From an uncultured delta proteobacterium (GTDB lineage: Bacteria > Desulfobacterota > Binatia > UBA9968), in NCBI GenBank assembly GCA_963745835.1, contig CAVUZH010000003.1, positions 128,001-192,000 on the forward strand: a stretch of 64,000 bases of DNA, read 5' to 3'. This document shows, piece after piece, positions 29,093 through 39,631 of the stretch. The first letter of the stretch is position 1. Each line of letters begins with the position of its first letter. The position numbers and the translations under genes are program-made. The notes beneath the pieces are model-generated. The model ran no database searches. It was not told the origin of the DNA and worked only from the letters and a program-made list of their open reading frames with translations.

Positions 29093-29135
29093 ATGACACT
29101 GTCATGCCTTGACAATCTATTGTCACTGTCATAGT
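29093..29135. promoter_or_regulatory. Clustered TGACA/TGTCA palindromes overlapping a putative -35 box
   Basis: ATGACA-C-TGTCAT (29093-29105), TGACAAT-CT-ATTGTCA (29110-29125) and an extra TGTCAT, in the divergent intergenic region. Confidence 0.5.
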
Positions 29136-29383
29136 CGGTTGAGTGCCTTTAAAATCTTTCGCTGATCACTTACGCAGCTGGCGCTCTCAATTATTCCTAC
29201 GGTTAAAACGAGTCTTCGACGTCAAAAGCTTGGCGTTAGTCTGCGGCAGCAAAAGAATGGACGTGAATCAGTGCGGAATATCTTTTCTAGTTTATCCTAG
29301 TTTGGAACATCGAACTCGTGGTGGAATTTGTCTCCTAGAGTCCGACAAAAAGGGGTAGGGAGAGATAACTCTCAAGAAGCACG

Positions 29384-31759
29384 ATGACAATTGCCGTCGG
29401 ACATAACTCCCACCGCAGTGACGGAGATGACAAGGTTACAGGAAGGGCGCTTTACACTGGAGACCTGCAACTCCCAGGATTAATCTACGGCAAAGTTTTG
29501 CGAAGCCCGGTGGCCCATGCGCGCGTCACTTCGATCGATTCAGCCGGCGCAGAGCTCATGCCGGGGGTATTAGCAGTTCTTACTCGTGAAAAGTGCAGTT
29601 TGACGGAACCTTATTATGGTTCACTCATCAAAGACCAACCTATCATTGCCTTCGAAAAGGTACGTTATGCCGGTGATATTGTCGCTGCTGTGGCAGCTAC
29701 TGATGAGAATCTGGCTGAAAAGGCTCTCAGTGAAATCAAAATATCCTACGACGACATTCCCGCAGTGACGAGCGTCGATGAGGCGTTGGCAGTGGGGGCA
29801 CCCTTGGTCCACGAGAGTATCCGCCGCGGAAGATTGCCCGAATATGGTCGTGGCTCGTCTTATATCGTTCATGAAAAGAGTAACATCTGTCATCATTTCC
29901 GTTACGAGAGAGGAGACATCGAGAAAGGATTTAGAGAGGCAGATGCGACGTTCGAGGATACCTTTTATTTTCCCAGTGCTCATCACTATCCCATGGAATC
30001 CAACATCAGCGTGGCCAGTTTTGCCCGGGATGGCGTTACGATCTGGACCGGAACACAGGGACCATTCGTTCTGAGACAAGAAGTAGCGAGGCTTTTTGGG
30101 CTCTCATTGGAGCTGGTTCGAGTCATCGTTCCGGCAGTTGGCGGAGGGTACGGCGGAGCGAAGGGGCTGGTGCCATCGGTCATCGCTCTTGCGCTTTCAA
30201 GATTGGCTCAGCGGCCAGTTCGAGTGGCATTTAGTGCGGAAGAGAATTTCAGATCCATTTGTCAACCGCGGGCGAAGCTTGTCATCAAAACCGGGGTGAA
30301 GAGAGATGGTTCATTCATCGCCCGTCGTTGTCACGTCTATCTGGATGCCGGAGCATACGTCAATACGACACCGTCTGTAGCTGAAAAGGCCGGCTATCGA
30401 GCACATGGTCCCTACCGCATTCCACACGTTTTGACCGACTCATATGCGGTGTACACCAACACCGTGCCTGCGGGCTCATTTCGAGGGTTCGGCGGCCCGC
30501 AGGTGGCCTTTGCTTATGATTCGCATCTCGAGATGATTGCTCACCGCATGAAAATGGATCCCGTTGAGCTCAGGTTAAAAAATATGCTCTCCAAAGGCGA
30601 GGAGTTTGCGCTTGGGGATACGGTTATCGATTGTGATTTAAAGGGCGCGCTCCTGCAGATTACGGACGAAATTGGATTGAAACAAAAAGAAACCGACACT
30701 TTGGCGCCCGGAATTAAAAGGGGGAAAGGAGTAGCTTGCGCGGTCAAAGATGGCGGCGGAACTCGAAAGGCGGCGCATGCTATGGTTAAAATTCTGAATG
30801 ACGGAAGCGTACTCCTATTGTCCGGATCCGTGGAGATTGGGCAAGGTGTGCAAACCACGCTGCAACAAATCGTCGCCGAGGAGCTTACTTTACCGGTAGA
30901 GAAGATTCATATTGCTCAGATTGATACTGGCTTTACCCCGTTCGATCAAGGTACTAACGCGAGTAGCGCTACGACGGTTATGGGCGTCGCTGTTCTAAAC
31001 GCCGCAAAAGATGCGCGTCATCAACTCTCATTGGCCGTAAGCTCAAAAATGGGCGCACAGATTTCTGACGTACAACTACAAGGAGGTTGCATTGTTGTCG
31101 CTGGAAAATCGATCACCTTTCGGGATGCGGCCCGCCTCTGTTTCGGTGAGTCAGCTGGGGAGATCCTAGGACACGGTTTTTTTCAGTTTCCGGTCGACAA
31201 AAACGTGCCACTAGGTTCACCCAGCCCATTCTGGGAGATTGGATTCGCTGCTTGTGAGGTGGAGGTGGATGAGAAAACGGGATCGATCAAGTTGTTAAGA
31301 TACATCTCCTTGACGGACGCGGGCAAAATGATCCATCCACAGCAATGCGAAGGACAGGATGAAGGGGCTGCAATCTTTGGTATCGGCCAAGCACTTTTCG
31401 AAGACCTCGTTTACGACAATGGACAACTTCTTAATCCTAATCTGGTCGACTACCCTCTTCCAAGATTCCGAGATGTTCCGCTGAATTTTAGCACAATCAT
31501 TTTGGAGGAGGGCGGAGGCCCGGGCCCTTATGGCGCTAAGGGAATGGGCGAAGGTGGGATCTTGGCGGTTGCCCCGGCGATTTGCAACGCTGTCTTTAAT
31601 GCTACCGGAGTACGTATTCAGGAGGTGCCGATCAGAGGTGAGAGGCTGGTAAGGGCGCTGCGGAGTAGATCCTGCTCACCGCTGGCGGAACAGCCGGACA
31701 ATGAGGTTGCTGATCGGACACAATCAAACAAAATGCGAGATTACAGTAAAGGCAACTGA
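29384..31759 (+). CDS. Xanthine dehydrogenase family molybdopterin-binding large subunit (no adjacent M/S genes)
   Basis: KVTGRA.Y, RSPVAHA, VGGGYG, SFRGFGGPQ, EIGQG, GAKGMGE. Confidence 0.95.
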   Translation: MTIAVGHNSHRSDGDDKVTGRALYTGDLQLPGLIYGKVLRSPVAHARVTSIDSAGAELMPGVLAVLTREKCSLTEPYYGSLIKDQPIIAFEKVRYAGDIVAAVAATDENLAEKALSEIKISYDDIPAVTSVDEALAVGAPLVHESIRRGRLPEYGRGSSYIVHEKSNICHHFRYERGDIEKGFREADATFEDTFYFPSAHHYPMESNISVASFARDGVTIWTGTQGPFVLRQEVARLFGLSLELVRVIVPAVGGGYGGAKGLVPSVIALALSRLAQRPVRVAFSAEENFRSICQPRAKLVIKTGVKRDGSFIARRCHVYLDAGAYVNTTPSVAEKAGYRAHGPYRIPHVLTDSYAVYTNTVPAGSFRGFGGPQVAFAYDSHLEMIAHRMKMDPVELRLKNMLSKGEEFALGDTVIDCDLKGALLQITDEIGLKQKETDTLAPGIKRGKGVACAVKDGGGTRKAAHAMVKILNDGSVLLLSGSVEIGQGVQTTLQQIVAEELTLPVEKIHIAQIDTGFTPFDQGTNASSATTVMGVAVLNAAKDARHQLSLAVSSKMGAQISDVQLQGGCIVVAGKSITFRDAARLCFGESAGEILGHGFFQFPVDKNVPLGSPSPFWEIGFAACEVEVDEKTGSIKLLRYISLTDAGKMIHPQQCEGQDEGAAIFGIGQALFEDLVYDNGQLLNPNLVDYPLPRFRDVPLNFSTIILEEGGGPGPYGAKGMGEGGILAVAPAICNAVFNATGVRIQEVPIRGERLVRALRSRSCSPLAEQPDNEVADRTQSNKMRDYSKGN

Positions 31760-32200
31760 GGTGTTCAACGGAAGAAGCCCATACATTTTCCACTAACTGC
31801 TAAGCGGCAAAGCTCGTGCAAAATTGATGATGCGCTTTTCACTCACGTCCGAGTAATAATCGAAATTGAATTACTTTTCACAAGGTCACACCTCCAACAG
31901 CTAAGAATCAAATTCGGCTAAGTACTTTGCCGAAAAACCGAAAGTTTTCTCACCGCTTTCTTATTCAGTTTTCAACTAGCGCCGAGCACCACCGGCGACT
32001 CGCTCAGCGATTTACGTGAAGGATTCGCTGATAAAACGCATATCCGCGAACGTTGAAGCTGAGCACCTTAACGGAATCGCTTCCGAAACTAAGACGGTAG
32101 TAGATATATGCGCAACAGCGTGCAAGGTGTTTGTGGAGCGCCCCGGACTAATGAATCAAATTTCTGCCGGTTGATCTTGATCCATCTTCTAGAACAGTTC

Positions 32201-32236
32201 CATGTGTAGTTGACACATGTTTGTCTTTCCTATAAT
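32201..32236 (+). promoter_or_regulatory. Putative promoter with operator palindrome upstream of the IclR gene
   Basis: TTGACA (32210) and TATAAT (32231) with a short 15-nt spacer; CATGTGT-N5-ACACATG inverted repeat overlaps the -35. Confidence 0.5.
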
Positions 32237-32277
32237 TCGAAAGTGATTCCGGTCAAAATAGTATTTCAATTATCAAA

Positions 32278-33078
32278 ATGAACGCTTCAGTAACTAAAGC
32301 GATCAATCTCTTAGAGGAATTGAGCCGATCGAGGAAGCCACTCGCGTTAAAGGATCTTGCGCGGAACTTAAACCTGGACAAAGCAACGGCTTATCGCCTT
32401 CTGAATTCCTTGCGGCAAAAGGGGTTTGTCCAAAGAATCGACAATCGTGGTTTGTATGGTCTCGGACCGAAGCTGCTAGTGCTTGCCGAGGATTACCGCA
32501 GATGCTTTACCATGCGCGATGTAGTTGTGCCTTACCTGGAGCAGCTGGTCGAGGCCACCGGAGAGACGGCAATTTATTGCGAACGATTTCAGTACGACTC
32601 CTGTGTGACGATAGAACGCCGTGAAAGCCCTCATCATACGCGCACCGTAATCGAAACCGGAGTTCCACGCCCTCTCTTTGTTGGCTCCTCTGCCTTCGCG
32701 ATCTTGGCAGTGCTGCCGCAGGAAGAGATTCTCTCGATACTTAACGTGAAAAACTTTGAGAAGTTCACACCCTTCACGATAACTTCGCCGAAGCAGATAT
32801 TGAAAAAGATCGAGGAGATAAAACGGCGCGGCTATGCGGTGAGCATCCAAGAAAGATATTCCTACACGGCGGGTGTCGCTGCTCCGTGTTTCCTTAGCAG
32901 AGACCTTGTCGGCAGCATAGCCGTTATAGGACCTGCCGAACGAATCAAAGCAAATGGAATCGAAAGAACCGGGAAGATAGTCAAGAAGTTCGCTGAACGT
33001 CTATCCACTACACTTGGCTATTCCACAGGCACGCAAAGCTCAGACGCGAATGGAAAACGACTGCGGATGGTCAAGTAA
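32278..33078 (+). CDS. IclR family transcriptional regulator
   Basis: HTH LDKATAYRLL..L...GFV, YGLGP; C-terminal RRGYAVS..E...AGVAAP. Confidence 0.95.
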   Translation: MNASVTKAINLLEELSRSRKPLALKDLARNLNLDKATAYRLLNSLRQKGFVQRIDNRGLYGLGPKLLVLAEDYRRCFTMRDVVVPYLEQLVEATGETAIYCERFQYDSCVTIERRESPHHTRTVIETGVPRPLFVGSSAFAILAVLPQEEILSILNVKNFEKFTPFTITSPKQILKKIEEIKRRGYAVSIQERYSYTAGVAAPCFLSRDLVGSIAVIGPAERIKANGIERTGKIVKKFAERLSTTLGYSTGTQSSDANGKRLRMVK

Positions 33079-33828
33079 ATGGAACGACTCAAAAATCGTA
33101 TCGCTATAGTTACCGGGGCGGGTCAGGGGATCGGCAGAACGCTGGCGCTCGGGTTGGCTCGCGAAGGCGCGAAGGTGGTCGTTGCCGATATCAATGGAGA
33201 AAACGCCGCATCGGTCAAGAGCGAGGTCGAAGCCTCAGGCGGAACAGCCTTGGTAGCAAGTACCGACGTGTCGAATGAGGACTCCGTACAAACAATGGTC
33301 GATGAGTCGTTAAGAAAGTTCGGCAAGCTCGATATCTTAATCAACAATGCGGGCATCTTCCCGGTAAGCTCGGTAGAGGAAATGAAAGAGGAAGACTGGG
33401 ATCGTGTCATTGGCACCAATCTGATAGGGGCGTTTCTCTGTTCGAGAGCCGTGTCCGGCAAATTTTTACAGCAGGGAAGTGGCAGAATCATCAGCATCAC
33501 TTCGGGACGAGCATTTCAGGGCGCCAAAAATGCCGCTCACTACGCATCTTCAAAGGCCGGCATCATCGGCTTTTCGAAATCCCTGGCATTAGAACTGGCG
33601 CCGCGTCAGATCACGGTGAATGTGATTTGCCCCGGGATCACCGATACGGCGCAACCGCGCGGCCATCAGAGCGAGGAGCAAATTTATGCTCAGGCGCAAA
33701 AAATTCCACTGGGCCGAATCGGCCAGCCGCAAGATCTGGTAGGCACTGCGGTGTTCTTGGCCAGCGATGCCGCCGGCTTTATTACCGGCCAGACGGTGAT
33801 CGTCAATGGCGGCAGCATCATGTGGTAA
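33079..33828 (+). CDS. SDR family oxidoreductase
   Basis: TGAGQGIG, NNAG, YASSK. Confidence 0.95.
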   Translation: MERLKNRIAIVTGAGQGIGRTLALGLAREGAKVVVADINGENAASVKSEVEASGGTALVASTDVSNEDSVQTMVDESLRKFGKLDILINNAGIFPVSSVEEMKEEDWDRVIGTNLIGAFLCSRAVSGKFLQQGSGRIISITSGRAFQGAKNAAHYASSKAGIIGFSKSLALELAPRQITVNVICPGITDTAQPRGHQSEEQIYAQAQKIPLGRIGQPQDLVGTAVFLASDAAGFITGQTVIVNGGSIMW

Positions 33829-33861
33829 GTGGAAGGTTTGTTTCGAGGGCGGAGTGAAACC

Positions 33862-34605
33862 ATGGCAAACAAAATTGCAGTAGTGACGGGGGGCGCGGGT
33901 GGAATCGGCCAGGCTGTTGCGGCACGGCTGGCGCAGAGCGGATTCGGCGTCTGCATCGTCGATCAAAACGACAAAGCCGGGCAGGAGTTTGTCGATCAAT
34001 TGCGCAAAGAGAAGTATGAGGCGGAATTCTCTCGAATCGAGCTAAGACGCGCCGCTGAAATCAAAGAAGTATTCGAAACGATCTATACGAAGCACCGGCG
34101 CATCGACGTGCTGGTGAATTTGGCCGGCGGAACAATCCACAAACATCCGATTCATGAGTTTCCGCTTTCGGAGTGGCGCGAAGTGATCGATGTCAATCTG
34201 AAAGCCACGTTTCTCTGTTGTCAGGCCGTAATCAAGCGTATGAAGGAAGCCAAAAGCGGCGCCATTATCAACACATCGTCCAATTTCGGTATAACCGGTA
34301 GCGCCGGGAGGACCGCTTACTCGGCGGCCAAAGCTGCCATCATTGCTTTTTCTAAATCACTGGCCTTAGAAATGGCGCCTTACGGCGTGCGCGTCAATAC
34401 AATTGCCCCGGGTCTCACCGCAACAGCGCGCGTTTTGGCGGTTCATACCGATGCGGAATGGGCGAAGATGAGCGCCGGCATGCCGCTGGGGCGAGCCGGA
34501 CAGCCGCGAGATATCGCTGAAGGTGTTCATTTTCTGGCCAGCGAGGATAGCGCTTTTATGACGGGTCAGTTGCTCCATGTGAATGGCGGGATGGTTTTTA
34601 ACTGA
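33862..34605 (+). CDS. SDR family oxidoreductase
   Basis: TGGAGGIG, NLAG, YSAAK; GGAG RBS before ATG 33862. Confidence 0.95.
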   Translation: MANKIAVVTGGAGGIGQAVAARLAQSGFGVCIVDQNDKAGQEFVDQLRKEKYEAEFSRIELRRAAEIKEVFETIYTKHRRIDVLVNLAGGTIHKHPIHEFPLSEWREVIDVNLKATFLCCQAVIKRMKEAKSGAIINTSSNFGITGSAGRTAYSAAKAAIIAFSKSLALEMAPYGVRVNTIAPGLTATARVLAVHTDAEWAKMSAGMPLGRAGQPRDIAEGVHFLASEDSAFMTGQLLHVNGGMVFN

Positions 34606-34648
34606 GATCTGCTTGGCGAATTGCACGGAAGTGGACGCTGGCAAGGCG

Positions 34649-34747
34649 CAGAGGCAGGATAAAGGCTAAAGGACAAAGTGAATGCGGGGCCCGAAAGCGG
34701 TTTCCAAGTTTTTTTTCATCTTTTCGCTTTCATCATTCATCCTTCTG
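34649..34747. repeat. Imperfect inverted element built from 7-bp AGGATRA-like units
   Basis: Left arm aggataa-aggctaa-aggacaa; right arm ttcatc...ttcatcattcatccttctg. Confidence 0.4.
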
Positions 34748-34806
34748 TACGCAAGAATTATTTTTAGCAACTACAGATACGACAATTAGTTTTCGGAGGG
34801 ACAGAA

Positions 34807-35892
34807 ATGGCTGAAGCCTACCGACTCTATGCGGGTACTCAGGCGGGAATGATTTTATTTCGGGGGGTCGCTGATATTTGGACTTCGATGGGCGGTTCGA
34901 GGGAGTTCGAGCCGTACTTCAAAGATCGAGTGGTGGATTCCGTTTATGGGTGTAAAAATTCTCCGGAAATTGTCTTTGCCGGCGTAACCTTTGACGGTTT
35001 GTACCGCACTCAAGATGCCGGCCGGCATTGGCAGCGCACGCTCGAAGGCGATATTCGCTGGGTGACGGTTGACCCTACTGATGATCGCGTCATTTACGCC
35101 GGAACCGAACCGGTTCATCTCTATCGCAGCGAAGACTGGGGCGGTACCTGGGAGGAGCTTAAATCACTTACCGAAATGCCCGCCGAAGTTCAGTACAAAT
35201 GGTATTTTCCGCATCCGCCGCACCAGGGTCACGTGCGCCATATCTATATCGACCCGGAAGATTCGAACTGTATTTACCTGGCCCTCGAACATGGCGGCAT
35301 TGTTAGAAGCTTTGACAGGGGCAAGACCTGGGAGGATGTCAGCGAGGGGCTCGAGTATCCCGATATTCACATGATCGTCAGATCACCGGGCAGCAGAACA
35401 AAATATTTTACTGCAACGTCGCGTGGCTTCTTTCGTGCCGATCCGCCGGAGAAGGGATGGAAACGCGCCGAAAAAGGTATGGAGAGCGACTACTTTCATG
35501 ACGTGATTAATCTGCCCGGCGATCGGCCGGCAATGTTTTTGGCCGCCGGGCATGGCTCGCCGCAGTATTGGGATCGGCCGGGCGGGGTCGACGGCCGCAT
35601 CTATCGCAGCGAAGATGGCGGCGAGACTTGGCGGCAGGTGGGCGCAGGATTGCCGGTGAAGCATACCGCGATGTGCTGGCAGCTTGCGTATAACCCGTAC
35701 AACACCGATTCCATTTTTGCGGCGTTCGGCGATGTCGCGCGCGGTCATACGGCAGGCCCTCCGGGGGAAGGCGCGATCTACGTCACCTACGACCGCGGCG
35801 ATACCTGGGAAGAAGTCGGATTGCAAAAGCGCGGCACGAAGTACTTGAGACCTCCTGCGATTCGCGTGCTTTGGGCTGCTGCCGACGATTGA
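34807..35892 (+). CDS. BNR/Asp-box beta-propeller protein, no signal peptide
   Basis: Repeated S/T-x-D-x-G-x-T/H-W: TQDAGRHW, SEDWGGTW, SFDRGKTW, SEDGGETW, TYDRGDTW. Confidence 0.88.
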   Translation: MAEAYRLYAGTQAGMILFRGVADIWTSMGGSREFEPYFKDRVVDSVYGCKNSPEIVFAGVTFDGLYRTQDAGRHWQRTLEGDIRWVTVDPTDDRVIYAGTEPVHLYRSEDWGGTWEELKSLTEMPAEVQYKWYFPHPPHQGHVRHIYIDPEDSNCIYLALEHGGIVRSFDRGKTWEDVSEGLEYPDIHMIVRSPGSRTKYFTATSRGFFRADPPEKGWKRAEKGMESDYFHDVINLPGDRPAMFLAAGHGSPQYWDRPGGVDGRIYRSEDGGETWRQVGAGLPVKHTAMCWQLAYNPYNTDSIFAAFGDVARGHTAGPPGEGAIYVTYDRGDTWEEVGLQKRGTKYLRPPAIRVLWAAADD

Positions 35893-35959
35893 TGGAAGCA
35901 CAACCAGCAGCGGCAGATTCGCCGTCCGCGCTGCGCTGTAGCTAGCCGCGAGATAACAC

Positions 35960-36824
35960 ATGCGACGGTTTGAAATCCTAGAACCAAAATCGATTGCCGA
36001 AGCTTGTAAAATTCTTGCGGCGGAAGAGGACGTCAAGCTCATTGCCGGCGGCACTGCTCTTCTGATCTTGATCAAGCAGGGTATTTTCGTTCCGAAAACT
36101 TTGATCAATTTAAAAAAAATTAGAGACGCCGGAGAAATTACCTACAACTCCAAAGACGGTTTGCGTATCGGCGGTCTCGCGAGCATTTACGACGTTGAAA
36201 GCGCCGCGGCCGTGCGTGAACACTACCCGCTGCTGGCCGAGGCCTGCCATGTGGTTGCCAACATCCGAATCCGTAACATGGCCACCATCGCCGGTAACCT
36301 TGCGCATGCCGACTATCAATCCGACCCTCCGGCGGCATTGGTCGCTTTGGATGCCAGCGTCGAGTTGACGAACCGCAACAGAGTGCGAAGCGTCAAGTTA
36401 GCCGATTTCTTAATCGGGATGTACGAGACCGGTCTGGAGCGGGATGAATTACTCACCGGCCTGCTGGTGCCGCCACCGCCGCCCAGATTCGAAAGGGACT
36501 TACTTAAAGTTTGCCACGCGTTCTTCCGAGGACCGGCCTTGTGCAGGCGTTGCGGCGTTGGTGCAACGCTCGAACGGAACCTGGCAAGCGGCGCGAGTTG
36601 TCGTCGGTGCGGTTTCGCCGGTTCCGGTTATGATCACCGGTGCAGATCTTGTGAACGGCACAGCGATGACATCGGAGTCGATTGAGGAGATCGCCTCGAA
36701 GGCTCAAGCGGCTGTGGATCCCATCGATGATTTGCGCGGTACGGCGGCTTACAAACGTCATCTCGTTAAGGTTTTGGTGCGGCGCGCGTTGACGGCATGT
36801 GTGAACGAGGAAGGGACTCGATGA
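35960..36824 (+). CDS. Mo-hydroxylase FAD-binding (CoxM-like) subunit interrupted by a +1 frameshift at about 36482
   Basis: IAGGT, IRNMATIAGN, SD in frame 1; YLKF...ED...DPIDDLRGTAAYKRHL in the +1 frame; the joined product is 287 aa and its stop overlaps the next ATG. Confidence 0.85.
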
Positions 36825-39139
36825 GCAGTGTCGGTTTGGATGTTTTTCGCGCCGATGGTCCTGCAAAAATCAGAGGGGCGGCGCAGTATGCGGCGGACGT
36901 TGAGCTGCCGGGGATGTTGTTCGTAAAGGCGCTGCGCAGCACCTATCCGCATGCGAAAATTTTGCGCGTTGACCCGAGCAAGGCGGAGAAGCTGCCCGGC
37001 GTCGTGGCGGTGTTGACGCGCGACGATTTGAAAGGAAAGAACGGGTTTTTTGGACCTGTTGTGAAAGATCAACCGGTGTTGGCTATCGATCGGGTGCGAT
37101 ATGTCGGCGAGGTAATTGCGGCAGTGGCGGCGGAGGCACGGGATATCGCGGAGGAGGCGCTCGATTTGATTGAAGTCGACTATGAGCCTTTGCCTGCCGT
37201 GTATGATCTCCTCGAGGCGATGAAGCCGGAAGCGCCCGTGCTCCATGCAGATCGAATCAAAGCGCAATCGTTCCCGGCAAAGAGCGGCTTTCGTCTTCAG
37301 GACCGAGGCAATGTGCTTAGCCGATATCACGTGGATGATGGCGATGTTGCTGTCGGTTTTAACGAGTCGGACGAAATTTTTGAGGATGTGTATACATCGC
37401 CGAAAATACAGCACGCGCACATCGAGCCTCATGCGACGGTGGCTTACTGGGAGCCGTCCGGAAAACTGGTCTTGTACACGTCGACGCAAACGCCGTCATC
37501 GATACGAACCCAGCTGGCTGAACTTCTGGGTCTGCCGCAGTCGATGGTGCGAGTCATCGTGCCCTTCGTCGGTGGCGGATATGGCGCCAAGACCCATCCG
37601 CGCTTGGAACCATTGGCCGCGTTGGTTGCGCGCAAGGCGCATCGGCCGGTCCAGTGGGTGTTAACGCGGGAGGAAGTATTTCTTACCGCCCATTGCCAGG
37701 CAGCCGTGGTGAAAATCAAAACCGGAGTCAAGAGGGACGGAACGATTGTCGCGCGACAGGTCGAAGCGGTCTACGACATCGGCGCGTACGCATTGACATC
37801 AACCAACACCGGACGCAACGGCGGCGAAGTATCCGGCGGACCTTATCGGATCAAGCACCAGGATTTGACGACTTACTGTGTTTACACCAATACACCGCCA
37901 ACAGGCCCTTATCGTGGCTTTGGCGTGCCGCAGGTGTGCTGGGCGTATGAATCGCAGATGGATGATATCGCTCGTCGATTGAGCATCGATCCGCTGGAGC
38001 TGCGGCTAAAAAATCTGGTGCGCGAAGGGGATCCGTTTGTGACGGGCCACAATCTGGTCTCCGTCGGAATTTCGGACTGCGCTCGGCGCGCCGCCGAAGC
38101 CATCGGATGGCAGCGGGGCGCCGAGCAAGCTCCTCGCGCGCTCTCGGGCAAAGTACGCGGCAAGGGCATGGCGGTCATGATCAAGACTACCATGACGCCG
38201 TCGAATTCTTCGGCGCTCGTGCGGCTCAACGCCGATGGCTCGGCGGTGTTGCTGACCAGCAGTGTCGAGATCGGTCAGGGGACACTGACGTCGCTCGCGC
38301 AGATCGTCGCCGAGGAATTAGGGCTGTCCTTCGAGCGTGTGAGCGTAACCTTCCCGGACACCGATGTGACGCCGTTCGATCAGTCCACCAGTTCGAGCCG
38401 GACGGTGTTTAGCATGGGCGGGGCGGCGCGGCAGGCGGCGCATCAGATCCGCCAGCAGCTTCTGGACATCGGCGCCAGAGTGCTTGAGGCCAACGTCGAG
38501 GATCTCCAAATGGTCGACGGTTTCTTGGAGGTCAAAGGAGTGCCGGATAAGCGGCGCAGCATCCCGCAACTCTTTCAGGCGCGCTATGGAGCGGCCGTCG
38601 GAAATATGGTCGGCAGTTTCGACAATCAGACGGCAGGCGGGCTGGATCCGACAACCGGAAAAGGAAAAGGTTCGGTGTTCTATTTCCTATCGGCTTGCGC
38701 CGCGGAAATCGAAGTGGACACCGACACGGGAAAGATAACCGTGCAACAAGTTGTATCCGCAGTAGATGCGGGCAAAGCCATCAATCCTCGGCAATGCCAC
38801 ATGCAGAATGAGGGTTCGATGATTATGTCGCTGGGGTCCAGTTTATTTGAAGAGATGGTGTTCGATAACGGCCAGCCGATCAACTCGACGTTCCTAGAAT
38901 ACATGCCGCCGTCGATGGAGGATCATCCCAAGAAGTTTCAGTCGCTACTGGTCGAAACACCGCATCCCGAAGGGCCGTACGGTGCCAAAGGCGTTGGCGA
39001 AGCGGGCCTCGGTCCGATCGAGCCGGCCATCGGCAACGCGCTGGCGAACGCTTTGAACGGAATACGGGTCAAAGATTTACCGCTACGGCCAGATCGAGTT
39101 TTGGCGGCGGTTCAGTCTGCGAAAGAGCATGGCGCATGA
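36821..39139 (+). CDS. Xanthine dehydrogenase family molybdopterin-binding large subunit
   Basis: RSTYPHA, VGGGYGAK, PYRGFGVPQ, EIGQG, GAKGVGE; ATGA overlap with the M subunit. Confidence 0.95.
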   Translation: MSSVGLDVFRADGPAKIRGAAQYAADVELPGMLFVKALRSTYPHAKILRVDPSKAEKLPGVVAVLTRDDLKGKNGFFGPVVKDQPVLAIDRVRYVGEVIAAVAAEARDIAEEALDLIEVDYEPLPAVYDLLEAMKPEAPVLHADRIKAQSFPAKSGFRLQDRGNVLSRYHVDDGDVAVGFNESDEIFEDVYTSPKIQHAHIEPHATVAYWEPSGKLVLYTSTQTPSSIRTQLAELLGLPQSMVRVIVPFVGGGYGAKTHPRLEPLAALVARKAHRPVQWVLTREEVFLTAHCQAAVVKIKTGVKRDGTIVARQVEAVYDIGAYALTSTNTGRNGGEVSGGPYRIKHQDLTTYCVYTNTPPTGPYRGFGVPQVCWAYESQMDDIARRLSIDPLELRLKNLVREGDPFVTGHNLVSVGISDCARRAAEAIGWQRGAEQAPRALSGKVRGKGMAVMIKTTMTPSNSSALVRLNADGSAVLLTSSVEIGQGTLTSLAQIVAEELGLSFERVSVTFPDTDVTPFDQSTSSSRTVFSMGGAARQAAHQIRQQLLDIGARVLEANVEDLQMVDGFLEVKGVPDKRRSIPQLFQARYGAAVGNMVGSFDNQTAGGLDPTTGKGKGSVFYFLSACAAEIEVDTDTGKITVQQVVSAVDAGKAINPRQCHMQNEGSMIMSLGSSLFEEMVFDNGQPINSTFLEYMPPSMEDHPKKFQSLLVETPHPEGPYGAKGVGEAGLGPIEPAIGNALANALNGIRVKDLPLRPDRVLAAVQSAKEHGA

Positions 39140-39612
39140 AGATCGAAATTTACACAACGGTTAACGGCCGCGAAATGGAAGCCGTGGTGAAGCCGAACCA
39201 GACCGTGCTGGAATGGTTGCGCGATGATTTGCGCCTGCGCGGCAGCGTCGAAGGATGCGGCGTCGGCGTCTGTGGATCCTGCACCGTGCTGGTCGACGGC
39301 CGGCCCGTTAGTTCTTGTTTGATGCTGGCCACCAACATCGAAGGCAAGCAGCTAACGACCATTGAAGGTTTGGCAACAGGAGATGAGCTCGATCCCATCC
39401 AGCAGGCGTTTCTCGACAACCAGGCCTTTCAATGCGGCTACTGCACGCCGGGAATGATTATGGCCATCAAAGGATTGCTGAATAGCAATCCTCGGCCGAC
39501 GGAGGAAGAAGCGCGTGATTACCTGTCGGGAAATATCTGCCGCTGCGGCACGTATTCAGAAGTCCTCGCGGCGGTAAAAAGCTTGTCCGAAGGAAACGGC
39601 AGCAAGCAATAG
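39136..39612 (+). CDS. Mo-hydroxylase [2Fe-2S] small subunit (CoxS-like)
   Basis: GCGVGVCGSC...SSC; QCGYCTPG; NICRC. Confidence 0.95.
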   Translation: MKIEIYTTVNGREMEAVVKPNQTVLEWLRDDLRLRGSVEGCGVGVCGSCTVLVDGRPVSSCLMLATNIEGKQLTTIEGLATGDELDPIQQAFLDNQAFQCGYCTPGMIMAIKGLLNSNPRPTEEEARDYLSGNICRCGTYSEVLAAVKSLSEGNGSKQ

Positions 39613-39631
39613 AGTCGGAGACAAACATCCA

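Noticed and set aside
28784-29383. Riboswitch or small ORFs in long intergenic regions (also 31760-32277)
   Set aside because: No recognisable aptamer consensus; the ORFs lack RBS and motifs; needs Infernal/Rfam
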